A stretch of 64,000 bases of DNA. Source: Chara braunii. Lineage: Eukaryota; Plantae; Charophyceae. Location: contig BFEA01000005.1 in NCBI GenBank assembly GCA_003427395.1, forward strand, positions 6,829,673 to 6,893,672, read 5' to 3'. Below, in pieces: positions 11,686-24,700 of the stretch (its first letter is position 1; every line of letters starts with the position of its first letter). The notes under the pieces were generated by a model, which ran no database searches, was not told where the DNA came from, and saw nothing but the letters and a program-made list of their open reading frames with translations. The position numbers and the translations under genes are program-made.

Positions 11686-14600
11686 GACGTGAGTGGGCGG
11701 CGCATTGACCATTGGGAGCACGTGGCACTTGCGGTTTTGACACCAGGTAGTGTTATTATTTTTTTGGAGAGTGTGGTGAGAGCAGTTCCGGCATTTGGGA
11801 TCATTCGATGCTACAAGCGGTAGTGAGGGACCACTTGGGATCAGTTGGGATCGATGCAGGACGCAGTGGATTTTTTTTGGGACGAGTGTGGCTCGCCATC
11901 TTAGCACTTGGAATTGCCGCGAGTGAAACTTGTGAATCGGGAATAGATTGAGACAAGTAGTTGGTCCAAGACTTACCTCGGGACTGCGATTTCTTCGGCG
12001 ACGGGTATATGTTACTTGACTTTCTTGAGTGAGCCACAGCGCGTTCGACACCACTTTACTCAAGGTCAGTCACTGGACGACTCAGACTCCCTTCACACCT
12101 GTGTGCACCCACACATTGCTTGACTCTTTCGCTTTGAATGTTCAGGAAAAAAGGTTGAGTGGGGTTGTGGGCGTCGTGCATGAGTGACGTGAGTAGTGGG
12201 ACTTGGCTTGTCTTCTTTTGATCGTGTTGTCTGCGTGGTGTGAAGGTGAGTAAAAAGACTATGTATGAAAGTGGGACAAAATGCTATTTGACAAAATGAA
12301 AGAAAGTTTCGCCTCCTTACATTTTTTTTCCTTTCGTCAGTGAGTTGGGTGAACTTGCTTGCTATTTTTGAAGGATAATCGATGGGTGCCATGAGAAAAG
12401 GAATCTTGAAAACAGAAAGAGAATCAAAGCATAATGAATTTAACTTTTCCCTATGAATCCCGTTCTATCCCGATCGACCCTCTTGTTTGCGCCTGTCCGA
12501 ATGAGTCTTTATCTCTCGCTCTTGACTTTTCTTTTCGTCCAGGTTACCTTGAGTTTAGAAAACAAGAACAATTAAAAATTGTTTGTGGTGAACACATTCT
12601 CATCTTTCAAGGAAGCATCTGGGGCGGAGGTTCGTTGCATCAGGAGTCGGCCCTGTTATCGACCCAGAATGGACCGTTTCTACGGGGGGTACTTTGCCGA
12701 TTCGGTGGAGACGGTCCGACTTCTTAGATCCGAGTTTTGTGCTTGGGTGAGGAGGAGGAGTACCCCAGACCACTTCCTAGAGGGTGAGGCATGCAACACT
12801 TCAAGCAATGCACCTGATAAAGAATCATCTGCAAAGTAGTCTGTCATCGAAAAGATTAGGAACATACAGCGACAAGTGTATGCATGTCTAATCTTAGGTC
12901 GATAGGTTGGAATTAATGACTTTGGCAGCACATCTCATCAAGTCAAAACTAAGGCAGTACGACTACCTTGTCCGCTGCACCAATATTATTGTCGATAGCC
13001 AACTTCTTGTTGGCGGTTATTCGATTGTTTTGTGGTGTTCGACCTTAGATGGTCGGATTGTATTTCGATCCTATGTTAATGAATGTATCTAATGATAATT
13101 TGGATTTTATCTGTCATCATTTCAGGTTGAATATATTTTCCTGTCGACTACGGTCGATTCTTTTTTATATAATTATATGTGGTCGCTTAACTTTCTTTTG
13201 ACTAGTGTCTAAAAGGACTAGGATACTGTGGGTTTCACACTTGGCTGAGACCATCCTAGTCAACAGGCGTACATTTCGTTCTTAGGACATCAGCGCCCTA
13301 ATGGACGAACGGTGTCCGGGTTCAATTGGCGTTTTAATCGCGAGTACCTATACTACAGCAAGCGAGCAAATGCCCTCGGTCGACCCACCTCAGGAATTGC
13401 ATTTAAAAGCTTTCGCACGTGGGTTGGTAGCTCGGTAGGGATACGCCCCTAAGGGTGGTGACAACCCCTTAGGGAAGCAAGTTGTGCCCCGCAGGAACCT
13501 ATCCTGTCGTAGGACACCACGGGATGTACAGCTCGTGCACCCGGCTAGAGCGGCGAAGGAACGATGTGACGGCACACCCGTCTCGGCGGTTAGCGAGATT
13601 ATTTCGCGTCGTTCCCAAGTTGTGTCTTATGTTGTGTTTTTGTTTAACTCCTGCGTGACATGGTCGGGAGGGCTCCCGCCTCTGCGGAAGAAAAGGCGGG
13701 GGCCGATGCGCTCGACACTGTAACCAATTGTGCTAGGCCCAAGGCTTAGTTTAGCACTAGCGGACACCTATGTAAGCGGGTATCATGCAGCAAGTAGGTC
13801 TACTGAATCGTTTCAAGGCCGCCCTCTCAGCCTATCACCTAAAATCACGGTCGTTAAGCCCCTGCGCCTACCGCGCAGTCGGTCACTTCCACCCTTTTAC
13901 CCTTACGTCCCTTTACACTCATCACGTAGAACCATGTCACTATCGACGTCGTCCTCCGTACGTATACACATGTCACGGTCAAGTGTATCTATCAAAATAA
14001 AACATCATTTAATCCTAGTTTAATAAGAACTAAACAAACTTGGCCGGCAATCGCTCCAATTCTACAATCAACAATAACAAAAGAGTCACGTGCGCCTCAA
14101 GTCTGCGCGCCCACACACTCCCTATTCCTAGTCAACTATTCAGTCAGCGTACTCAAAACACAGTTGCAACTCGCGCGGTATCCTCAAACTTTAAACCATA
14201 CTTATTTTCTGTCACTTGCAAAAAATCAGGGTGGATACGCTAGTAAGGGTATTCACACCGACAACAGTTGCCTTTGGTCTATCATTCAAAACAATACGCA
14301 ACCCATTAGGGGCTCGTTTTGAAATTGGTAGGGAGGAAGGTAACTCTCCTGTGTAGTCGTTGGAGAGTGGCCCTGTTAGTCGTCGGACATGGTAGACTAT
14401 AAAGGAAAAGCTTGACTGCTTTCACACACTAAGGATATCAAAAGCACGATCACATAGTTTTTTAAGGACTAACTGGTGGGGGACAGAGGTGGTTGGATAG
14501 CAAGGGTGACATGGGCAGGTAATGCATCAGAGAATCAAACTTAGGATGTGCACCGAAATAGGCAAAATGGTGGGTTCATCAGAGACTACCAACTCTTTTT

Positions 14601-15253
14601 CAATGATTGACCAACAATCGATCCAAGCGCCCCCCTAAGGCCATAACTTCCCTGATTCGTTCCCGGTCTGTGCCCTCTGCCTCATGGAATTTCAGTGATG
14701 CATAGAAAGGAGTTACAAAGAGGGCAAAGATACTCAAAGGTCTTTTTGGAAGCAAGGTAGAGCTAAATAGCAGAAGGTCTGAGCTCTGCTTCGATGTAGG
14801 TTGCAACATTATCTTGGGTTGACAATTTATGCATTTTGCAAAGTTTTTGCTTGCTTTGGTGTTAGGGATTGACAAGTGCTCTAGTGTCCCCTGGGGGACT
14901 CATTGTCCTTTGGTGAGTATTTTACAAGCGACCAAGTCCATCCTCCTGGTCATATTAGCAATTGTGGGGTTGATCGTCGTGAGTGTGGGGGTCGTGCTCT
15001 TCCTGTTCTTCACGATCCCAATGTTGGTTATCATCGTCGGGATTTTGTTCACGATCTTCATTTGAGTGTTGTTGTTCGTTGCAATCGGGTTGTTGCCCGT
15101 GGTGATCACGTTGTTATTCGCAGTGCTGATTCTTGTGATCGTCGCTCCCGCCAACCCCTCGTGTAGGACATCTATATGATTTAAAAATTCCCCCATTCAA
15201 GATTACTATTGTTGCTTCCATGACTGTTATCGTTGTTTCTCGTCGAGGTGTTG

Positions 15254-15360
15254 TTACCTAAGCTCAGTGCTGGTGCGAGCTATCACGGTAGAATTAGTGA
15301 CTGAGGTGAAGTCGTAACAAGGTAGTCGTAGGGGAACCTGCATCTGGATGGACTCCTTTC
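15254..15360 (+). pseudogene. rns: Mitochondrial-type SSU rRNA 3' end (NUMT fragment, helices 44/45)
   Basis: AGTGACTGAGGTGAAGTCGTAACAAGGTAGTCGTAGGGGAACCTGCATCTGGATGGACTCCTTTC; GTAGGGGAACC loop as in plant mitochondrial rns. Confidence 0.85.
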
Positions 15361-15399
15361 CAATATACATACCCAGATTTGATTTAATGTCGATCTATT

Positions 15400-15630
15400 C
15401 AGACTAGTTACCAAAGGCGCGAAGCACAATTCCGAGTATCCGGGTACTATTGTAGGACATTTTGTCTGTGTGCCAGCACGAAGTGTGGCGTCAGAGTTTC
15501 CATAGTACATGAAAATGGAAGGGAAACATTCAGTAGTCTTGCCAAACTGATGGAGAGCCATGTGCTTGGAAATCTTGCACGCACGGTTCGGAGGGAAACT
15601 TAGTCAGATTACACACACTGCTTACCCTAT
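15400..15630 (+). other. 3' part of an organellar group II intron (DIII-like, DV 15555-15589, DVI, AY end); left boundary approximate
   Basis: GAGCCATGTGCTTGGAAATCTTGCACGCACGGTTC is domain V-like; followed by GGAGGG...CTTACCCTAT. Confidence 0.85.
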
Positions 15631-15665
15631 CTATTGGGTCGTTGGTTCGAATCCAACCTAGGGAG
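15631..15665 (+). pseudogene. trnN: tRNA 3' exon (positions 39-73), probably mitochondrial trnN(GUU); 5' exon missing
   Basis: CTATT-GGGTC-GTTGG-TTCGAAT-CCAAC-CTAGGGA-G parses exactly as anticodon stem 3' side, variable loop, T arm, acceptor strand, discriminator; anticodon not present, so identity is inferred. Confidence 0.75.
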
Positions 15666-16469
15666 CTGTTCTAAGTTCAAATATACGGTCGACCGACATT
15701 CTATTCTAGAGGCTACTGTTGTATACAGTCTGCTGTTTGTTGTTATTTTTTTTGACTTATGAGCTACGGATGACATTGTTGGTCAGCTCATTGTGTTGCT
15801 GTCGTTTTTCTCCCAACGGTGCAGCAACATTACAACAACGATGGATTACTACTGCTTCGATAACTGAGGTATTTCCGTTATTGGTTGGGATTGGGTGTTG
15901 CAGTTCGCCTTCACTGCAAGGCCCTTAGGATATCAAGGCACCAAGCCTTCTTCACGTGAGTCTGAGTGACACCTTCCTTAATTTTGAGATTTCGAAACCT
16001 CTATCTCCGTTTTTCTTACTTTTAGTCTACTCTGTGGTTCGGGAAAGGAAGGCAGCAAGTGAGATTACAACCCACAAGACTGCAGCAAGGCCTTGTGGGG
16101 GGTAGCCCACCAATTGCAGGAACTCTGTCGGGGCCCAGACAAGGTTCCGGAGGCAGGGAACTGTCAGGTATAACTACGTTTGCACGTATGATCCCGTACA
16201 CCCTTAATTTTACTACTCTCTATGTGCATACAAGTATGATTGAGAATACTTATTTTTCACGTAATTTAATTAAGTATGTGTGAAGTTCAAACTACTTGCT
16301 TGAAGGCAAAGAGAATGAATGGGAGAAGGTTGACAAAAAAAACAAAGGGTTAGTTTTGTTCGTGTTTGACTGGGTCAACCAAAGGTTGGGCGCATTCTAA
16401 GTGTGTAGGCTCAGTGCTATATTTCTTTTTGTTTATTGGGCTGTCTGGTTGGTTTTCAGGGGCTGGACT

Positions 16470-17460
16470 CATCCATAAGTTGGATGGTCTGGTCATTTGC
16501 TTTTGTTGGGGTTTCTGAATGGATGATGGGGCTCATGAGTTTGGTACCAAAAATCCTGTTTTTTTTTGTTACTGAACAGAGTTGGACACATTCTAAGTGC
16601 ATGGGTCAATTTTTATATTTATTTCTGAGGACGATACAGGCAAAGGCTAGTTGCACCATAAGTTGGTGCGGCCAAGTCATGAGTCATTGTCATGTATATT
16701 ATTTGGCAAACGAGGAGCCATAAGTTGAGAGATCTAGTCACATAAGCCAATAAAAGATAAAGGCCTGAAAATGTGAACTTCATAATCAAATGCTGAAAGG
16801 TAACTTCCGACACACTGAACTTACCCATAAGTTGGGAGTTTCGGTTGTATGCCCATGGTAATACAATAGCGGAGTAATAGTATAATTTTGGCTATTAAAT
16901 ATAATTAAAGCATAGTTTGACATCTCCATGAGTTGGAGTGGTCTGATAATCTTTTTGAAATAAATAAGGACGTTGTGAGATTACTTGTTGAATGTTTTTG
17001 TGTTGCGGCGACTGGGCGTATCCATAAGTTTGAGAAATTCGGTTATACGCCATATGTTGTTGTCCAGGCAGGTTGGACTACCCATAAGTTAGATAGTCTG
17101 ATACTATGCCATATGTGATTGTTTGGGCTGGGTATACGTACCATAAATTGGTCAGTCTAGTCATATGCTTTGTGTCGTTGTTTAGTCAAGGGTCGGACAT
17201 CGCCATAAGTTTGGGCAGTCCAGTGATTTATTATATGGCGACCTCGTAGGGTGACTAGCCACACCATAAGTTGGGGCGGTAGTCATACGCCTTAAGCCAT
17301 TTGTTTAGGCAGAGGTTAGTTGCACCATAAGTTGGGGCGACTTAGTTATATGCCTTATGTTTATTGTTTAAACAAACTGGACGACTTGGACGTACCCATA
17401 AGTTGGGATGATCTAGGCATATATTTTAGGCAGGTCAGACGAACCCATAAGTTGGGGTCA
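16470..17460. repeat. Degenerate ~60-bp tandem array with conserved core CCATAAGTT(GG)
   Basis: About 13 cores; regular ~60-bp spacing over 17020-17460. Confidence 0.85.
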
Positions 17461-19366
17461 GTTTAATCTTATGTTTTATGTAAGAAAGGGTATAGGGGTT
17501 ATTCAACTAAGGGTCAAATGAACTAAGTATTTGATGGCGAACTTGCGGAGTGGTGAGAGATGTTGTTGTACTTACTTGCGTTCTCTATGAGTTTGTTTTT
17601 GGGGGCATCTTTTAATAGGTTAGTCGCTTAAATGATCGTCAAGTGTCGGAACGATAAGGAGATTATTGATGAATAAAGGGGAAAGTTTGGGATAAGGTAA
17701 GATCATCTTACTGAGAGTCGGAGTTAAAAATTGATTCATGATAGTACCTAAAAAAAAAGTATCATGAGGGCAATCTTTAGTTTTGACAACTAAGTTAAGC
17801 ATCATAACTTACCCTAGGTCTGTTGCACTTTGTTTTTCATCTGTAACCAAGTAAAAATTTTGGTAGTTTACTTTCCTAATGGAAGTGCTGCCAAAATATT
17901 TAGTAATTTAAGGAATTAGTTAAATTTTATTTTTGCAAAGTCAGACTAAAATCTAATTTCAATTTTGACTTAGTAAAAATCTTGCGATATCAGTTTTATA
18001 GAGGAAGTATTCCAATTTTTTTGTTAATTCAAGGAGTTAAAACAAAATTTGTCTTTGGAAAGTCTAATTGCACTTTAAATTTTTAATTTAGCTTTGTAAA
18101 AATTTTGGCAGTTGACTTTCCTATAGGAATTGCAACAATTTTTTTGTAAATTTGAGGAGTTAGTTAAAATTTTGATTATGATAATTTTAATATTTCAGCC
18201 TACTTAGTGGAGATGCTGCCAAAATTTTCAGTAATTTCTGGTACGGACTAGGGAGATGTAGAAAGGAGACTAATGGTGGAATTAAGCTACAGTATGGAGC
18301 ATTCTCTCCACGTTTTTCAAGAATAACATTGTTTTTTTGGCTTGTACTATGATACAGATTTGCGCCTAACTGAAGATTCGACTAGTTTCAGTCTAATCCT
18401 TAAAGAATTACTTATCTTTTGTTATCATTTGATATCAGGTCGGCTTACGACACAACTCTACTTGCTTCTTCATTTCAACCTAAAGTCTTAGTCCCTTGAA
18501 TTCTTATATGTTTTTTTTAATTATCACCCATACTTATCTATAAATGATAATTTTTAAAGACCAAGTACCTTGTTGTGGATTGGTGGAAAATGGTTGGGGT
18601 TTGTGTTCGTAAGGAAGAGTATGAGTCAGAAGAAACGGTAAAGTTGACCCCTTTAGTGCATGACATGCTGTTGTTCACTTTGTGTGATCGCATATATGCA
18701 TAAAAAATAATGATTTGCGTTACAATAATTGCTTGTGTTTGTGAGAATATTGTTGAATAAGCCGGATCACAGATTGTGAGAGTGATTGTCTGATGCTACA
18801 CAACTCCTTTGTCTAAATGATTTAACCACTTTTGTTTTGTGCCCACGGCTATTACAGTCGAACGCACGTGCGCGTTACGCATAGGCTTGAGTTACAAGTA
18901 GTCGCATATTCATGCGTATGCAACGACTTGTACTTCTCGTTGAAAGTTGTTTGATAGAATGTGGATGTTGTTGACAAGAAGGTTAAGGTATCGCTAATCG
19001 CAACACACGACTTTGTGCTAGAAGAGCAACCCTTACCACTCTTCTGCGAAGGGTGCAGAAGAGGGACCTTCGCAGAAGAGGGAAGGACGTGCAACCGCCA
19101 CAAACGGACCCCCATTTTTCAACCCTGTTTAACCCCTTTAACCCTGAAAAGTGCATTGGAGATTTTTTTTTTATAGTTTTATCTTTTTTTTTTTTTTTTG
19201 CCCTGTTTTATTTTTGGTCAAGGTCTGTGTGTGCCAAGTTTGGTGTTTGCAGGGCTCTTGAAGTTGACTGTTTTGGTTAGCCCTAAAAAATCCTGAAAAT
19301 CCTGAAAACTGAAATAAGTGAATTTTGCATGAAAACACACTTTTGCCTTGCTGTTTTATAGGTTTT

Positions 19367-19429
<63 letters not shown>

Positions 19430-19959
19430 TAGTTAGTATGATCTCCTCTCTATGAATTGGTGGCAAGTTTGGTTATAATGACCCTTGGGTTTTGTTGTAA
19501 ATGGCCTGACAAGTGGTCTGAAAATTGAGGTTTTCAGTAACCGTCTCTCACAACCGCATCTGTGATTGTTTAGCGTAAGAAGACCAACCACTTAAGACGC
19601 GTGTCAGCTGACACTTGAATGTCGAATGTGACCCTGGAAACCACTGAGGGGCGTATGGTCATGAACACGATAGAGTACACCATTATTTTGACTGACTATG
19701 TATTCACGCATGTCTAGTCGATATGAGAGGACTCGCGTTGCCTCACTATTTATATTAAGTCTCACACGTGACATCTGTCCGTTCATACCGTAAATTAAAT
19801 ATGGGTTGGGCGAAAAAAAAAGAATAGGCGCGATTTGTACATAAGGTTGAGTTTCTTTTGAGAACAAAGTCTCGTGGTTAGATCGGTCGTCCTTGTCGAC
19901 CAACGTAGGATCGTGCTTGGGAGGTCAACGCCCCAAGCGACGATTCACGTATTGGTTCG

Positions 19960-20284
19960 ATTCGGACGTTAACCGCATGTACCTCATATGCTACAGCAAA
20001 CGAGAAACGCCCTCGGATGATCCACCTCTGCGACCACACGTGAAAACTTTCGTACGTGGGTCAGTAGCTCGACGGGGATATTCCACCTAAGGATGGTGAC
20101 AACTCCCACAGGTGGAGGTAAGTTGTACCTCACATGACCCTATCGTGTTATAGGGGTTCGTAAGAAGTATGGTTGGCGTACTTGGCCGGAGCGACATTAC
20201 TCCAAAAATATTTTGCATCCTAAAATGTCAAAATTTGTGTGACGCGATCGGGAGGGTCCCCATGCGGGATCGATGCGCTCAACA
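19960..20284 (+). mobile_element. Diverged paralog of the LTR 3' end at 13330-13717
   Basis: Shared CTACAGCAA..CGAG..CCCTCGG..CCACCTC..CTTTCG.ACGTGGG..GGTGACAAC and terminal GATGCGCTC(A/G)ACA. Confidence 0.6.
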
Positions 20285-22973
20285 ACGCACAACCACCTTT
20301 GATGTTTCACGGTTACTACCACCGGGGATCGGACCCTTTGCCCCTTTCTCTGAGCGCTCAAATGCGGGACCGCTCAACGACCACTTAACGGAGGGACACT
20401 ATCGGAACCATCAACGGCCATACAGTCTTGACACCGCCACACAATTTCGTCCCTCCTTGACACTCAACGGTTATACTAGAAACAACAACGGTCATGGGGG
20501 CATCCGAGGGGGACTCTAGGAAGCTTTCCTTTTACAGAAAGCCGACATACAATCCCCTAATCGGGAAACCCAATAATCGGAAGGAGCATAAAAGTGAGGG
20601 TGCGGTGGGCTCCCTCGTGGGAGTCTTCCAGCGCCGGCGGTGGGCGCCTCCCATCTGCCACAGCCTCCTTCGCTTTCCATGTCGCCACGCTGTCACAACA
20701 TAATTACCCCTCCCCAACCACATCAACAACAAAATAGGGGCTGCACACCCGTGCCCTCATGGTAAGTCAATAATGTCAACAATTCATGGATGTACGAACT
20801 GAGCTAGGTCCGTTGGTCCTTGATCTCTACAATACCCTGGACCTTGGGAAACAAAAACCTTGGCCAACACGCTCTCACACAGCACACACAACCCACTCAA
20901 CCCACTCACACGCACATTCAGACCCGTGTTGGCAAAGGACCCTGTTAAACCACTAGTACCTCACCCAACTTGAAAAAGCCGACGCGGCCGTTAACGCTCC
21001 GCGTCGGGNNNNNNNNNNNNNNNNNNNNNNNNNNNNNNNNNNNNNNNNNNNNNNNNNNNNNNNNNNNNNNNNNNNNNNNNNNNNNNNNNNNNNNNNNNNN
21101 NNNNNNNNNNNNNNNNNNNNNNNNNNNNNNNNNNNNNNNNNNNNNNNNNNNNNNNNNNNNNNNNNNNNNNNNNNNNNNNNNNNNNNNNNNNNNNNNNNNN
21201 NNNNNNNNNNNNNNNNNNNNNNNNNNNNNNNNNNNNNNNNNNNAAAACAAAAGGAAGCGCGGGTGCATCTGCCCATGTTCTGGCGCCAAGTTCATTCTCA
21301 TTTTGCACATTTCTTCTCGTTGGGCATGTCTGATTTCTTTTTTTTTTTGTTTGCTGAATGTTGTATGTATTTTTGTGTTTTTGTAACTTTTTTTATTTTC
21401 CCGTGATGTACTACCGATTGTCCGAGGCTCGGCAAAAAAGTCCGAGGCTCGGGAAAGATCGGCCTACCCGTAGTCCGAGCCTCGGACTTGATAGCTGAGC
21501 GAGGTACTGGTGGTTGTACTTGGCCCATATGTCGGCTGCGGGGCGTTGTCGCTAACGCCCCGCAAGTTTCGGAGGCCCGGGGTACCGGACCTGAAAGGCT
21601 GATGCTGCCAGCCAAAACAATTTTGTTTTGTTTTGCTGGCCCGGCGCGAAACGGCCCAGGGCATATTCAGGCTCCGCATCTATAGCTGGGGCAAGTACTG
21701 GTACCGATCAGAGGTATCAAGGGGACTATCACTGCAACATGCATCCCCTCAGATGGCTGGAGGGAGGCAACTAAGCTATGTTTGCAGGGGTCCCCTGTAT
21801 AAGCCTTAGGAGCAGTGGTAGGTCGGTAGAGAAGGCGAATTGAAAGAATTTTGAAAGATGATGAAAGATTGGAGAGAAGAATGTATAGGCCCAAGAGTCC
21901 AAGGGAAAATAAAAACCATAAAAGGGCATCCCCCTACCTTAGGGCAAGGCTCGACTTCCCTCAGTTCGTTCCTGGCCATGGATGCTCTTGGCGTAATCTA
22001 CGGTCAGTAACTTCCTCTTTTTCTTAAAAACTAAGCTATATTCTTCTCCGAATTTCACCGTTCACTATCTACCTACCACTACTAAGCCTATACAGATCGG
22101 CGGCGGTTTTTTTTTTTTTTTTTGATTTTCCTTTTCAGTGTGCGCGAGCCCTTCGAGGGCTGCTCTTCCGCCCGAGTCTGGCGGTACTTCGCTTTTCGTT
22201 GAACTGCCTCCTCCTCGGCACTTTCCTGGGCGACAAGTCCCATCTATCTGCCCCTCTTCCTCTTCCTGTTACCGGAACTCCACCTTGGCTCGTGCGTATT
22301 GCAGCCTTCAGTTACTTCACGCGTCGACTGGGGAGGGGGAGGAGGAGGAGGGGGGAAGGCGGGCAGGCGGGCAGGCGGGCGTTCCTTCCTTTCGTGTCCC
22401 AGAAGGTGGAACTGTTGCGCGCGCAGCGGTACTCTCGTGGTGTCGAGCGGTTTTTCAACGCCCACGCAGCAGTGGATATTGGCACACGTGGCAATGCCGG
22501 AGGCTTTCTGGCGGGAACGCAAGGCTTCTCAGTCAGTTACACGTGACAACGCCTGGATCAAGGTCTGTAGATGAGTGAGGTAACACGCAAACGAAGTTTC
22601 GTCGCAGATTATGCTTGCCGCCGCACCTTCCCCTCTTTTCTCTCGCTGTCCTCTTCTTTCTTTCCTCATCTCTCTCCTCCACCTCTCTTTCTTCTCAAGT
22701 CTCTCTACCTCCAATCCCCATTTCTTCGTGTTGCTGCTCCTACCACCTTCATCGCTGGTGTCTTCCATTTCAGACTCTGTAATCCGCTGATGTGGCTCCT
22801 TAGATTACCCTTGATCAACGGCCGAAAATGCCTCCGGCCCCTAAAACAAGAAAACATTTATCGGTCCGATGATGATATTTTTCATCAATGATCGTAAATG
22901 ACTATTTGAATGTTGGTACATGCATTCTCTCGTTCCCTCCCCGCACCCTACGCCTTACCCTCTCCCTCCCCAC

Positions 22974-23008
<35 letters not shown>

Positions 23009-23134
23009 TCTTTGCTTTGGCTCGGTAATTAGTTTACCCGCAACTGTTTGATGAATGACTGTGTTCGTTATTCACTAGATCGAGGGATGCTAATCGACAA
23101 ACGAGCAACAGGAGGAGAGAGGGATTCCCTGATC

Positions 23135-23185
<51 letters not shown>

Positions 23186-23233
23186 NNNNNNNNNNNNNNN
23201 NNNNNNNNNNNNNNNNNNNNNNNNNNNNNNNNN

Positions 23234-23299
<66 letters not shown>

Positions 23300-24149
23300 G
23301 ATGTTGGAGTGTCTGAACAGTTTGCACTTCTTGATTGTGTGCTGCAGGGATAAACAATCATGTCTGTCGAGCGAATCAAGTGATGGAGGACGACTGCTCT
23401 TCATCGTTCCTTGCCCGGCAGTTGTCGTTGGTTGGACGGTGGCGATCCCGATCGTTGGTTAGAGGAAGATGGGGTCGTTAATTGGATGATGATGATGGAA
23501 TTGTTTTTGATTGGTTGGCGATGGGATAACCACCTATCACACATTCTCCCCTTCTCTAGCGAGAAGCAAGGGTATCAGACGAGAGAATCTTGCCACTCCA
23601 CTTGCGCGGGAGTACATTCTTGCTTGTCTTTCCCGCTATCTCGCTCGTCTTCTCGCCAATTTTGTGCTAAACTCGACTCTCTATTATTCCCCTCTTCCAA
23701 GTCCTTTGTTTTTATTTCTATTTTTGACTTTTCGCCCCCTTCTTCCAAATCCTATTTTGCTAACTGGCGGGAATAACACTAGCGTTTTGCGGTAAAAGGC
23801 CGGGGAGTGGATAGGAAGCGGGATGAGGTTGGCAGCAGCTGTGGATGGACTGGACGGAGCCCTGGGGTCGGGATGGACATTAGGTTCGGCTTCAGACCTG
23901 GATCAGGCTCGGTAGTAGGGTTGGATTGAGGTCTGAAGGAGCGCGAGGTTGTTTGGCAGCGAAAGTGGCGGAGTTGCGCGGGCGGCCTGGACCGTATTGC
24001 GGAGGTTTGGACCAGATTTGGACCAGGGTCGGCAGACCCGCGCTGCGCGGGCGGGTAGGACCAGATTCGGGAGCAGCAGTCTTGGATCAGGCTCGGGAAT
24101 AGGGCGTGATAGGGTTCTGAGGGAGAGTGATTGGGCTTGAGGTCGGGAA

Positions 24150-24700
24150 GGAGAGATTTGGACCAGGTTCAGACACGGCCGAGGAAACCAGCCTCGCAGG
24201 CGGAGCGTGAGGTTGGCAGCAACGCGGTTGGACTTCGGGTCGACCGGAGGGTTTTACCAGGTTCGGAAGCTCGAGAACGAGGTTTGGACCAGCTTCGGAA
24301 GCTCGAAGAGGTTGGACCAGGGTTGGAAGCTCGAGGAGGTTTGGAACAGGTTCGAGAGCTCGACGAAGTTGGACCAGGGTTGCAAGCTCGAGGAGGGGGC
24401 GGTGTGGAACAGGTTCGGAAGCTCGAAGAGGTTTGGACCAGGGTCGGAAGCTCGAGAACGAGGCTTGCACCAGGTTCGGAAGCTAGAGGAGGTTGGACCA
24501 GGAGGTTGGAGCCTCGATAAGGAGGTTTGGAACAAGTTCGAGCTCGAGGAGAAGATTGGACAGGCTCGAGAAGGAGGTTTGGAACAGGTTCCGAAGGTCG
24601 AGGAGAGGGGGTTTAGAACAGGTTCGGAAGCTAGAGGAGGTTTCGACCGGATTCGCAAGGTCGTGGAACGAGACGAGGTTTGGACCACAGGTTCGGTAGC
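24150..24700. repeat. ~30-bp tandem repeat GAGGTTTGGACCAGGTTCGGAAGCTCGA
   Basis: More than 15 degenerate units; explains ORFs 24207-24938 and 24254-24811. Confidence 0.9.

Larger units (their letters stand above)
5349..13717 (+). mobile_element. Non-autonomous Ty3/gypsy-like element: PBS, decayed gag, PPT, long 3' LTR (right boundary tentative)
   Basis: PBS at 5358; gag remnants 5830-7059; PPT AGGGGGATGA at 8024; TGTTGA LTR start at 8037; candidate end GCGCTCGACA at 13717; no pol. Confidence 0.55.

Noticed and set aside
14300-15250. Possible minus-strand transposase remnant
   Set aside because: Only vague motif resemblance across multiple stops; cannot be supported without a profile search
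16470-17460. CRISPR-like repeat/spacer appearance
   Set aside because: Core is only about 10 bp, the intervening parts are homologous to each other, no cas genes, eukaryotic context
20951-21703. CACTA-like terminal inverted repeats
   Set aside because: Candidate right ends at 21512 and 21703 give no matching TSD, and a gap lies between the ends
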